A DNA stretch of 62,984 nt, the filler included, from Octopus bimaculoides (lineage: Eukaryota): NCBI RefSeq assembly GCF_001194135.2. It is 4 parts of 4 records of this genome, joined end to end, with 100 filler letters (N's around TTAATTAATTAA, not from the genome) between each part and the next. Parts side by side here need not be neighbours in the genome. Positions count along the whole stretch, not along the records: positions 17,891 to 33,070 come from NC_068981.1; positions 33,171 to 45,992 come from NC_069009.1; 2 more parts are not named here. One strand, 5' to 3'. The position numbers were made by a program, and so were the translations under genes. Below the pieces are notes generated by a model. That model had not been told where the DNA came from, ran no database searches, and worked only from the letters and a program-made list of their open reading frames with translations. Position 1 is the stretch's first letter, and the number at the start of each line of letters is the position of its first letter. This document shows, piece by piece, positions 25,907 to 38,555 of the stretch.

Positions 25907-26062
25907 CTATTGACCAATCTCTGTTGTTTAGCTGTACACATCATTTCATCCCATTGGTTGATGTACACATCCGCTCTAATTGACTTACCAAGTTCATTGA
26001 AGCTGTAGTGAATGACACCAGCGCTGGACTACCAAACGGACATCATTAGCTGTTTTTGGCGA
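25907..26062 (-). mobile_element. mariner transposase fragment (catalytic region)
   Basis: QKQLMMSVW*SSAGVIHYSF...SIRADVYINQWDEMM...QRLVN. Confidence 0.8.
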
Positions 26063-26393
26063 ATATTATTTTTTGGATTGTGATTTGGTACTTCGTCTCT
26101 ATCCAACCACCGTGCAGAACGATTACTATTGTCGAAAAGAATCCAGGAGTCAAAGCGATTCATATGTATATATATGTGTGTGTGTGTATACGTGTGTGTG
26201 TGTGTATGTGTGTGTGTGCATCAGGTCATTAAGTATTAAATATCCTAAGTCTGACACTAGTTAAATCTCATGTTTTATCCTGACAATTCATTGTTTACAA
26301 TTTTAAAGAGTTACATCATCACTTTTGGAAATGCACACCATGGTGTCTGATTATATTGTAAGTTTTCTCTTGTAAATCAATTTTTCTGAATCC

Positions 26394-26492
26394 ATGGATA
26401 CATGAAATAATCGTGTTGCTCGGTCACACAGCCCAAAACATCAATGAGGTGTTTGGTGAAGATGTGACGAATGAGCGCATTGTAAGTCCACA
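26394..26492 (+). mobile_element. mariner transposase N-terminal HTH fragment
   Basis: GHTAQNINEVFGEDVTNERIV, like the mariner A.NI..V.GE...ERT motif at 44700. Confidence 0.65.
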
Positions 26493-26686
26493 CATTCTCG
26501 ATCAAATCTCTTGCGAGTTAACATAGGATCCCTTGGCGGCAGTATAACATTTATTTGACTTAAATCATTTTGACCTAACGGGTGGCTAGCGGTTTACCCT
26601 TCGTTTAGGTAATTACTTGCTTGCGAGGTCCTGCTAGCTATGAAACATATGTCGCCAGGACTTTTCCTGCTCCATTCCTTAAATTT

Positions 26687-26735
<49 letters not shown>

Positions 26736-28725
26736 ACGCGTGTGTGTGTGCACGCGTGTGTGTGTGTGTGTGTGTGTGCATGTGTGTGTGTGTGTCTGTG
26801 TCTGTGTTTGTGTGTCTGTGTGTGCGTGTATGTGTGTCTGTGTGTGTGTACATAGCATATTGTCTTGAAACTTAATTGTAAATATGGTTCATGAAAACGA
26901 TACAGTAGCGGGAAATGATCGGCAAAAAATCCCTGAAGTGAGGAAACGGTAAGACGCCTCCGTATAATAATTCCAATAGTGAATGCATTTATATTCTTCT
27001 TAAGATTTTCTTTATATCATATCACATCGATTAATGGATGCATCGACTTAACCATAATTTAGTGAATTCAGAATTCTCACCTCTCTAATTTTTCTTTTTG
27101 TATTTCGTCTATACATATCAATANNNNNNNNNNNNNNNNNNNNNNNNNNNNNNNNNNNNNNNNNNNNNNNNNNNNNNNNNNTATATATATATACGTACAG
27201 ACACATGCATATACATATTTGCATACACCCACATATATATAAATACATACATACTTACACACCATCACACACATGTACACTCTCACACGCAAAAGCACAT
27301 ATTTGTGCGTGCATGCGTGAGTTTATGTGTGCATATGTATGAGTGTATGTGAGTAGATATGGAATTTATAAGTATATTTATGTGTATATAAATTTGTACA
27401 TATCTTCTACATAAACTGATGCAAGTGTTAAGCTATTGAATACATGTTTTCCATTTCTCAATTTTAGTGGAAGTACATTGCTTTCTTGAAAACTAGCAGT
27501 TTCATATTCTCATTAATTTAATTACATGTGCATAGAAATTCATTTAATTAACCTTATTCTGTTCCCCGATAAATATTCATATTGAGAAAGCATATTTACT
27601 TTAATTAAAATATCTTTTTTAAGTAGTTACACTTTCTATATTACCCTAATTACTAGAATTGAATGCATTCTTTGCCTGCCCTGTATTTATTTTCTTGTTT
27701 GCTTTCCTCTTTTTATATTAATTACTGAATGACTATTCCAGGTAAAAATAAACCGAAAATATTCAGCTCATTAACATTCATAAATCGAATTAAAGAAATA
27801 CTTTTGTTTGAAATGTTAATTACTTATAAACTGTTATCTTTGAAATAGCATGAATATATTTTAACATCTTGAAAGTTAAATGTCTTCAGAATCATGTCGG
27901 ATAATTTGATGTTATTTTGCATAATGATCTTCCTGAAACTTTCCGTATACAAAGGTATTCAAAAACCCACATTCAGTGTGTTGACAATTTGCAAGCATAT
28001 ACGTGACAAGCATACAACTTCCAAGTACATACGTTACGCAAGAGTAGATACATTGTGATAATTATTTTATGATTATGCTTTCCTTATATAACATGAATTG
28101 TATTACGTCACAAAGAACTAAATTTCCTTAGAAATATTTCTTATGTTTAGAAATCACGTTTAGTTTTAGATCAAATTGGTGATGTGCTACATTTCAAATG
28201 CCAGTTAACAACGTCGCAATTGTAGAAAATATCGTTAACTATATATAATAGCATATTCACTAAATTCAAAATAAAACTGTAATGTTGCAATTAAATGTAT
28301 ACCGGTTGACGTCCAAATAATTCACAACTAAAAGAAAACAATTAAGCGTAACTAAGAAACATAAATTCATATCAGATGCTAATCATAATTCTAATGCCTA
28401 TTTTATATCAAAGAAATACAGACAAACATATTCTGCCATACAAACTTCAATACCTACACTACACGAACGCATCTGCGAGCGCGCACATTTGTTCTCTTGC
28501 TCACTCTTACACGAGGATACACGTATATGTATATGTAAATTTGGAATCATAGGTATATAGGAAAAAAGAAACTACTTCAAACAATGCAGGCTGGCCTATA
28601 GATTGATTATCAAAGAATTAAAAAAGATATCGATGCAACACATATATATGTGTGTGTGTATGTTTATGTGTGCGTGTGAGTGTCTGCGTCTGTGTATAAC
28701 ATGGCATAATTATAAACGGGGAAAT

Positions 28726-29340
28726 GTTTAGCCATTTCTCCGCAGACTGAAAAGAAAATATGAACAAGCTTAATCGATTTTAGAACCTTATTGCGTCTCT
28801 AATTTGCATACCGAAAGTATTTAACGCTATCTAAGTACCAGCGGTCTGTTAACGGAGATCTTAGTCTACACAGTAACAAGGTATGCTATAATATACATGT
28901 AACAGAGCAAAGTTTAGCCATTTCTCCGCAGACTGAAAACAATTATGAGCAAACTTAATCGATTTTTGAAGCTTATTGGGTTCTCATCAGAGGTGTCTAC
29001 AGCATTCAGACAGTCTCCAGATAAACAAGCAGCCAATCACTGTATATACTCCACAAATGCAGCAGTTACTCTATGAAGGAATCCCTAATTTGCATACCCA
29101 AAGTGTTTAACACTCTATAGATACCAACGGCCTGTCAACAAGGATGTTCTTGCATAGCGAGTGACCTGATCTGTGACCGTGTGCGAAAACAAAAGCAATT
29201 GCAGCATGGACGGTGTTTATAAGCCATTTAAAGACACACAAAACCGTTAGATTCACTTCAACATTTAAATATTTTCGCCGTTTTGAGACCGAGACATGTT
29301 CACTGACAAAATTCCGTGCTGCATCTGAGAAAGTAACAGT
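28726..29340 (-). repeat. Imperfect tandem duplication with decayed hammerhead motifs; probable Penelope-type pseudo-LTR
   Basis: Copies start at 28726 and 28912 (GTTTAGCCATTTCTCCGCAGACTGAAAA); copy 2 has an extra 100 bp (28986-29085). Minus strand reads CTGATGA-GAAC-ccaataa-GCTTC-AAAA-ATCGAT-TA. Confidence 0.55.
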
Positions 29341-29638
29341 TAGTTCATGATATATATGTACGTATTTATGTATGTGTGTATATATGTATGTATGCATGCA
29401 TGCATGCATGTATGCATGTATGTATGTATGTATGTATGTATGTATGTGGCATTGCTATAGAAATGTCATATGTCAAAGATGCTATATGTTATCGGACTCA
29501 GCACGTTGATACCGCCCTATATACGTGCGACTATGTATAAGCACACACACCATCCATCCATTCATCCATCCATACATACATACATACATACATACATACA
29601 TACATGCATACGTGTGTGTGTGTGCATGTGTGTGTAAT

Positions 29639-29684
<46 letters not shown>

Positions 29685-31275
29685 TATAACAATAATAATA
29701 ACAAAATAACAATGATCCTTCGATGAAATATATAAAATGTTTATAAATTCCATCCAAAGATTATTGTTGTTATTACTGTATTTATCCTATATTATATTGG
29801 TACAGTTCGATACAACCCAAAAAAGCTGGAATAGGAGCTTTATTTGCATATTCAACAAGTATCCCGTAAACAAATATAAAATGTAATAACACGCCTTTGA
29901 TGCAAGTCTGATGAAGTGCCACTCCAATGTCTAAAACCGCAAATATTACGTGATTTTTCGCGTAGAATTTACGCGTAATCTGCCGTTGGAAATGGAGATG
30001 GTATGGAAAAATTTGTAACTTATAATTAAAGATGTGTTAAAGAATTTTCTTTGTCTCCCTCTTTTCATTGATGTATATGTAAATATATTCGTGTGTATGT
30101 ATATTATTGAAATGGAGAAAGATAGTGAGACAGAAAATATGTCTGATATGGGTTTTGCATCTCACTGAATATCTATGAGACGTGGGTGAGAGTGTGCAAA
30201 CCTACGTAGTAGCCATACAAGGATCTGAAACTTACCTATTTCTTCGTAGATTGAAAACAATAATGAACAGCGTTTTTTAGGCCTCCTTAGCTGTATATTT
30301 TCCTTACCAAAAATATATTGTTGTTTGCATATTTTAGAAACTAATAAAATGCTTAAATCACGTATTAGACATAAGATTACAAAAGACTGCGAAAGAAATT
30401 GACAATAAGTACATAAAATTTCTTATAGCAATTTTTAAACAGTTGAACGAGAAGCTACTAATTATGTTTAATTTATTCTGGTTTCCAATAGTTAAACCTT
30501 TGAATTTGATGTAAACATAATTCTACAGTTTGCGTCAATTCACTCAATCTTTTACAGTTCTGAAATGATTTTAATGAGCAAACACCATCAATAATTATAT
30601 TTCATGCGAAACGTATCAACAAATATAAATTAGCAAAAAAACACGACACTGTCAAGAAAATTATTATTTAGGCAAATGAATAGGAAGAATTTTACAAAAA
30701 TGCTTCAATTAACACAAATGTGAAATATATTGAAAAGATTTCGAAGATATAATTATGAAAGTTTGTAAATTTCCCCTGTGCTGCAAAGAAAAGTAACAAT
30801 TATATTTATACAAATATTATAGTAAAAGAAAAGTGCGAAAAATCACTTTAAAGACTGTTTGTTGTGAGCAGGTTACTCGTAAAGCGGTAAAGAAGGAGAG
30901 AACTTTTAAAGCTTCAGTACTTAGCTTCCTTACAAATGAATTCATTAGGCGTTTGAATATCATAGAAATGCCATACTTGGCAAAGTAGACACGTGCACAC
31001 AAATACACACACACACACACACACAGACACACACACACACATGCGCACACACACGCAGACATGTGCGCGCGCGTACACCTAGCGATATAAATTTACAAAT
31101 GTGACTGGACTTTCGTGCCTTGCATTTATCAAACAGATAATTCCAATACACGAAATACTCGGTCACTTGAGATATTGATGTAACTTTACACCAGAATGAC
31201 ATATGCGCGCGCGCGCGTACGCACACACAAACACACACACATAATAATAATACATGTATAGATAGATAGACAGAC

Positions 31276-31339
<64 letters not shown>

Positions 31340-31340
31340 T

Positions 31341-31558
31341 CCGAAAAGTTCCTGGCTTTCGGTGAAAGAAAATATTGGACGATCAGTTAATTATGATTTT
31401 ATCCACATATTACCCTCTCAGATTTACTCACTTTTGACATCGGTCCTTCAGTTGTTCTAANNNNNNNNNNNNNNNNNNNNNNNNNNNNNCCCCCCCCCCC
31501 CCCGCAGCGAGGCCTTTTGTGACACCCTTAAAGTCAGACGTCTTTCAACAGCCCTCAT
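31341..31558. mobile_element. mariner-derived MITE (gapped)
   Basis: AAAAGTTCCTGGCTTT at the left and degenerate AAAGTCAGACGTCTTTCAACAGCCCTCAT at the right; resembles a common octopod MITE (from memory). Confidence 0.6.
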
Positions 31559-31700
31559 CTATATATATATAAAATCAAAATTCTCCCTGTCCGTCTGGGA
31601 TCCCTGTATCTCAGTCTACATTTGCTCTACATAGACACATTTTACCTTTTTGGAATCAGGGTGATCCCGTGATTGAAAATCTGCCCTTCATTTGGTTCTT
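31558..31700 (+). mobile_element. Possible non-autonomous Helitron 5' end
   Basis: A|TC-TATATATATATAAAA...CTGTCCGTCTG start typical of animal Helitron-Ns; no matching 3' end nearby. Confidence 0.35.
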
Positions 31701-31983
31701 GAACATCCACCATTGAGATATGATTTAAAGGCATTGAGTTGCTATTTCTAGCAGGTAAAGCGACCGTGTGAAGTTTCAGGACCGTAGCATTACTGAAATA
31801 AGTGAGCAAGTGTTACCTCCCTTAGCTTAACGTTTTACTAAAGAATTTAGAGGTTCTTTTATCTTGTTCAGTCATCAGACTGCGATCAGGTTGAGGCACC
31901 ACCTTGAAGATTTTACTCAAAGAAATCGACACCAGTTCTTTCTTTATGCCTGATATTTATTTTATTGGGCTGTTTTACGTAAC

Positions 31984-32056
31984 TGCTACGTTAAGTGAAA
32001 GTAAACGTACCAACAGTAGTTATCAAGCAGTGGTGGGGGACAAACACAGACACAAA
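31984..32056 (-). mobile_element. SINE family B internal fragment next to (CA)n
   Basis: CTGCTACGTTAAGTGAAAGTAAAC...CAAGCAGTGGTGGGGGACAAACACAGACAC matches 59465-59510. Confidence 0.65.
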
Positions 32057-32057
32057 G

Positions 32058-32140
<83 letters not shown>

Positions 32141-32352
32141 TATATATATATATATAGATAGATAGATAGATAGATAGATATATAGATATATAGATATAAT
32201 TATAATAATTATGATGATAATATTAGGGATAAAAATCCAAATTTACAGGGAAAAATACAATTTAATTTATCAAAATTAAAATTAGATTAAATACGTTTAG
32301 CTAACTGTGTAATATATATGTATATATGTGTATGTATGTATGCACATATAAG

Positions 32353-32384
<32 letters not shown>

Positions 32385-32669
32385 TGTGTATATATAAATC
32401 CTTTTTTATTACTTGTAGTAGTTATGATTTGTAATTATAAAGTGTGTATTAATTAGTACGATAATATTTTTAGTGAATATTATATATTGATAATTAAATA
32501 ATACTATGACTGTTATAAAATAAATAATATAAATATTTTAATTAATTTATTTAATGTAAATATATTAATATATAGTATTTTAGCTTCTTTCATATATATT
32601 AAATAATTTACGTATTTTAGTTTTAATTTGGAAGACTTTAAAATTATTTAGATTTTAAAATTTCAGTAA

Positions 32670-33070
32670 CGCCTAGAAGTAGGTATTGCAGTCGGATGCA
32701 CGATATCAGTCATCTTATTGGTGCTAGTCATGGAGATGTTACTAAGGTCAACAAACTGTGAGAAAGCTGCTATAAAGACACCATTAAGGGCTTTTATGGA
32801 CGACATCACTCTGCTATCGGAAAGTAGAGAAGCAACAGAGGGAACGTTAGATCGGTTGGATGAACTAATAGGATGGGCAAGAATGAAATTCAAAGCCAAA
32901 AAATCTCGGGGCGTGGCTTTCGTGAAAGGAGTGCAAGAAGAAGTGAAATTCAGGATAGGAGGTGAAGACATACCAACGGTGAAAGAACAACCAGTAAAGA
33001 GTCTCGGCAGATGGTATAGAGACTTATTAAATGATAAGAAGCAAGGGAAAGAGACACACGAGTTAGTAGA
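32670..33070 (+). mobile_element. Non-LTR retrotransposon RT fragment, Hero-like (RLE group)
   Basis: Open frame RLEVGIAVGCTISVIL...LRAFMDDITLL...WARMKFKAKKSR...IPTVKEQPVKSLGRWY; truncated by the scaffold spacer. Confidence 0.82.
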
Positions 33071-33170
33071 NNNNNNNNNNNNNNNNNNNNNNNNNNNNNN
33101 NNNNNNNNNNNNNNTTAATTAATTAANNNNNNNNNNNNNNNNNNNNNNNNNNNNNNNNNNNNNNNNNNNN
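33071..33170. other. Synthetic scaffold spacer N44-TTAATTAATTAA-N44
   Basis: Direct; identical to the spacer at 17791. Confidence 0.95.
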
Positions 33171-34236
33171 TATATATAATTAGAAGATATTGATGCGAAC
33201 ACCGAAAATACAGTTGGCATTATATCCCTATCTCCCGGGCTGGGTTTTGAACCCGTACTCTGGTCAGTTGGAGACAATGCTATTTCCTTTGTCTTGTCGG
33301 CAACCACAGCTATTTTTAGCGTAGCTGCCCCCTTTCCGGTCACCGAAAGTTCAGCAGGACAGGAATTAGCGGGAAGCAGTCGGCCGAAGCAGTGAGCAGA
33401 GAATTTTGGCCAGTCGAGCGGTAGCAGCCAGCCGAGGCAGTTGGGGGACAGCAGTTTGCCCGTGGAGATGGAGTCAGTCGAGCTCTGGGAGGCAGCAGGA
33501 TAGGTTGTGTCGAGTGGTAGCAGTCGTCCGAAGCAGTTGGGGGACAGCAGTTTGCCCGTGGAGATGGGACCAGTCGAGTGAGACGAAGATGAAGAATAAG
33601 TCTGACAGAGAGAAAGCTATGGTCAGCAGAAATATATAGAGTCCCAGTGAGAGAGAGACGGAATTGTAGTGGCAGACTGCCCTGGTCAGTGGAAGTAGCA
33701 GACCTGAAGGAAACGAACTTCGTTGTGGTAAATGCTTTTATATTATTTTAAAGAAAAAGAACTCTGAGTTGTTAACTCTGTTGTTAAATGCTTCTAAAAG
33801 AAAGGAAAAGAAAAGAAATACAAAAGAAAGAAGCAGAAGAACTTTGTTGTCAAATGAAACTTGAGACACGAACTTTACGATGTAAAAATCATTGAAAAGC
33901 TTGTAATTGTTTGGAAACTTTGTCAGTCAACGTTATTGAACTGTCATGCCATGTATTGGAATTGTTATTATGTAATGCTCTATTCTAATGTTTTAAATGT
34001 ATTCTGTGATGTTATGTATGTAAAAAGAAAAGGTTACCCAACGCATGGTCTTCGTGTTGTTTCTTCCTCCCCTCCTTTTGCCTGTGTTGTTCTTCGTTGC
34101 GTGCTCCAGCCGGGGCTTTATTATCGGTCAGGTGACCGAGACGGGTTGCTAGCTCACTGAGCGTACGAGCGTTCGCGCGCGCGCGCGAGTTCCCTCTTCG
34201 GTTGAGGGGGTGCTTCGCGTGCGGGCGTTCGTAACA
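33171..34236 (-). mobile_element. Putative LTR (solo or truncated), GC/CpG-rich
   Basis: Sharp boundary ...TTCGTAACA (TGTTACGAA on the minus strand), CpG-rich versus flanks, internal ~70-bp direct repeat with 96-bp period (33413/33509), TATATA near 33625. The other terminus, PBS and PPT were not found. Confidence 0.45.
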
Positions 34237-35473
34237 ATATGTTAACCACGTTAATATTTTAAGCTCGTGAAGGGATGCTTGCACCCAAGGAAATACTTGT
34301 TCAATACCTCGTATTTTGGGGAATGACGTTCCGTTAAAATTAGGTCTATGCTAAGCATATATTTCATATCAATTTAAAAGAGGAAAAGAAAATAGAGGTA
34401 AGGAAGTTAATGATTGCTTGTTATTATCAAATTGGTCATCTTCGCATGTTACAGCCAGCCATTCCAATTGATACACAATGATTTAATCAGAAACGTGTAC
34501 ATTGAATTCACCTTTATGTGACATAAGTATAATTTCATCGGAGGAAAAATATGTACCTTTGGGCGTAATATGTGGACCTATCAATTCATTTCAGTATATA
34601 TATCTACCTCAGCGACAGTGACAGTGTATTAATAACGAGTGGTGTTAATGCATGTTAATGAAGATGATGTGTTTTGACAACCTGATATCTTCCTGGTCTG
34701 CTTCTTGGGGATAAATTACGTTTTTAGGGAAGAAAAATCGCACAATATGTTAAGGAAAATCTTACCTACATACATATTGTGTCACCAGGTAGTACAAGCA
34801 CCAAACACAGAAAATCAACAATTAGCAATACTCAGTTCCCCGGAGAAAGTAGAACGGATTACACAATTGAGTATTTGACAAATATTCTTAACAAATGGGA
34901 TAGTTTAGTCGCTATTCATTCATCGCATCCCCACTTATGAAGCTCGAAAACTATGAACGATACCCCAATTTCAATTTCCTCTTATCACTCTAACTCTCCT
35001 ATTTTTAGCTGGACTGTGGGACAATATATTGACCCGTCCTGATAACTGTAACCAAGCTTAAGTATCCTTTTTCGATCCATTTCCCAGCGTCTCTAAATCA
35101 TCATTGTATCAATCGTGTCTTTCGTCTCACCACGTCCCATGTTCATTTGCTAGACCACTGCAATTCACTACTCATTCACTGTCTTCTTTTGTCTGAGAGC
35201 TTCTCCACTTTCTGGTTTACATCTGATGACTTCGATACTTCTTTATTTCTGCATCCCCCTCACTCATCTATTTTATCCCTTTCTTATTTTCTTTTGTCCA
35301 GCACGTTCAACCGCATAGCCCGTCCTTTTTAATAAAACATGTTCCTGGAACATTTCTACACGGCCCTCCTTATCACTTTACTCCTTTCTGTCTCCCCTTC
35401 TTATCAGCTACTAACATGAATGCCTTCCCTTCTGTCTCTAACTCAATACTCTCTCCCACAATAGTGACTAACT

Positions 35474-35528
<55 letters not shown>

Positions 35529-37135
35529 ACTACCACCACCTCAACACTTTAAACGTCTTCCGTTCGTCACACTTCTCCCTCTCACATCACCATGTCTTAA
35601 ATTATGACATTTTTTCTTTTATTCATCTTCAGTTATAGAAGCTGCTGCAGCCCCTTTACTCTTTGAAATTGCAACGCGGACTCTCTACACACTTTAATGT
35701 ATTCTATCCAGGAGACACTCTGTAAAGCCGTAGAAACCATACGAAAACTGATGATGGTGATTATGTTGATGATGAGGATGAAGAAGATGATGATGATGAT
35801 GATAATGTGATGATCATGATGAAGCTCATGCTGATGATGATGGTAACGAAGATATATGTATACACTGTGTTCACACTCACATATAGTTCACTCTCTCTCT
35901 CTTTCTCTGTCTGTCTGGCTCTCTCTCTCTCTCTCTATATATATATACATGAATTTATCTGTCTTTTATACAATACAGGTGAATGGTTGATTGTAAGTAT
36001 AAATTTGTATTTTATGTTCAATAAGTACAGCATTATCAAACTTAATACATACTCAAAACATAGATCAATGGAAGATTTTGATCCCAAATATGAAAATAAA
36101 ACTAATAAACGTTAAATGCAATTTTGCTTACCGACAATGTTCAATTTCACACGCAGCTGTCAAGTTTGATAATTCATACTCGATCTACAATAATCATATA
36201 TAAATTATATGTAAGGAAATTGAGAAAGAGGACTCAATAATGAAGTAAGAGTACAGAATAACTTATTACTAGCAGAGGCATCTTGTGTTGCTCGGGAATG
36301 AAATTTTTTCCTGACGTATTGCAAGAAAAAAGTAAAATATGTTGTATAGAAATTTGTTATACTAAATACAATTTATTCTTCAATTGGGATAAAAATTTAT
36401 TCTTTAATTGGGACATCAATTCTTTTTCTGCACGTACCTGACGCGTATAGGTCTCTTGTAATTTCTGGAAGAAATTTGAAACCACTACCTATGTGTTGTA
36501 TTACTACTTCTTAACACCCATGCCTAGTGGACCACGAAGTAGCAATGAACTTAATGAGAAAATTAAGATACTTAAATTTGACTCCTGTATCGAGCAAGGT
36601 CGAGAAAAAGTGAGAGGGAAAGAGATAGGGTGAGAGGAAGTGGTTGATAGATATTGAAATTCCTTTCTACTATAGAACTGAAATTGATTCCTGTGTATTA
36701 AAGTCCCAAACACACACACACACATTTTTGTTCTAGTGTTTATACTCAGTTGAATTCGGCCATATACCAGATAACATGTTCCTAATGAGGACTAGATAGA
36801 CAGCCGATAATTAATTAAGAATACTTAAAAAGTTAGGTGACATAGATTTTTTAAGCCTATAGATGTGGTAAAGAAAGCTGGAACGACGGTGTAATTATGA
36901 AACAAATTGGAAGAATGATATTCCTGTTAATAAAATAATTTATAATACAAAAACTTATTTACCAGCCTAAGAAAAACTACCCGGATAAACCTGTTACGAG
37001 AAATGAAATGAAATCCCGATGGAAGTATTGTACGTCACGTTTCAGGTACCAACACCCAATCAATTTGTAACTATACGTTCTAGCAGCAGAATACGGATCA
37101 GAAGGGAAACACTACAATTGAGCCCTAAATGTAAG

Positions 37136-37238
37136 AGATATCAAAAAAGTCGGAGCGGAGTTCATTTCTGAAAAGGATAGAAGAGACTGATTCTGAAAAG
37201 GGGAAATGTTGTGGAAGAATTCCGCTCCCTCCCCATAG
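37136..37238 (+). other. Candidate internal exon (ISKKSERSSFLKRIEETDSEKGNVVEEFRSLPIG)
   Basis: Strong donor AG|GTAAGT at 37239, weak acceptor; EEFRSLP.G loosely recalls the receptor-PTP juxtamembrane wedge region. Confidence 0.12.
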
Positions 37239-37663
37239 GTAAGTAAAGGTAGACTGACTCATTGTCATAACTTGAGCTATGAGCGATTGGCAATTCTTGT
37301 TGGTAGCAGTTTATTGTGAGCATTTAATATAGAGCATTGAGTTTCGTATAATAGAAATAGTAGTGCCTCTTATATATACTTTCTTCTCCCTCCCTGCTTC
37401 GTTATATCATATATCAAATACAAAGATGTAAATGTCTTATATTATCTTATTCTTTTACTAACACTGAACCTCGTCAAATCTAGATTCATTCATTTTCTAG
37501 ATACAATTAGAAATGTACTGATTTCTAAATTGGACAGCACGTGTTTCTACAGGGATAATAAATAGCTACTCATACACACACACAAACACGCTCACATACA
37601 CACATATAGATACACACATACATATACATATATATACATACATACATATATATATGTATGTAG

Positions 37664-37696
<33 letters not shown>

Positions 37697-38500
37697 NNNN
37701 NNNNNNNNNNNNNNNNNNNNNNNNNNNNNNNNNNNNNNNNNNNNNNNNNNNNNNNNNNNNNNNNNNNNNNNNNNNNNNNNNNNNNNNNNNNNNNNNNNNN
37801 NNNNNNNNNNNNNNNNNNNNNNNNNNNNNNNNNNNNNNNNNNNNNNNNNNNNNNNNNNNNNNNNNNNNNNNNNNNNNNNNNNNNNNNNNNNNNNNNNNNN
37901 NNNNNNNNNNNNNNNNNNNNNNNNNNNNNNNNNNNNNNNNNNNNNNNNNNNNNNNNNNNNNNNNNNNNNNNNNNNNNNNNNNNNNNNNNNNNNNNNNNNN
38001 NNNNNNNNNNNNNNNNNNNNNNNNNNNNNNNNNNNNNNNNNNNNNNNNNNNNNNNNNNNNNNNNNNNNNNNNNNNNNNNNNNNNNNNNNNNNNNNNNNNN
38101 NNNNNNNNNNNNNNNNNNNNNNNNNNNNNNNNNNNNNNNNNNNNNNNNNNNNNNNNNNNNNNNNNNNNNNNNNNNNNNNNNNNNNNNNNNNNNNNNNNNN
38201 NNNNNNNNNNNNNNNNNNNNNNNNNNNNNNNNNNNNNNNNNNNNNNNNNNNNNNNNNNNNNNNNNNNNNNNNNNNNNNNNNNNNNNNNNNNNNNNNNNNN
38301 NNNNNNNNNNNNNNNNNNATACATACACACACATATATATCCATATCTCAATATATACACATACATATATACATATGTATATATATATATATATATATCT
38401 ATATATATATATATATATATATACATGCATATATATACATATATACATATACATACATACATATATACATACATATATATATATATGTATATATATACAC

Positions 38501-38555
<55 letters not shown>

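Noticed and set aside
29265-29320. Possible further hammerhead variant (TGTC-AGTGAACA...GAAAATATT) on the minus strand
   Set aside because: The core does not match CUGANGA and the stems are broken.
33413-33578. CRISPR-like repeat-spacer array
   Set aside because: Only two long copies in a eukaryotic LTR-like context, with no cas genes.
30183-36190. Isolated minus-strand GTAAG donors with short open frames (about 30238-30292 and 36133-36185)
   Set aside because: Too short and unrecognised; expected by chance in 63 kb.
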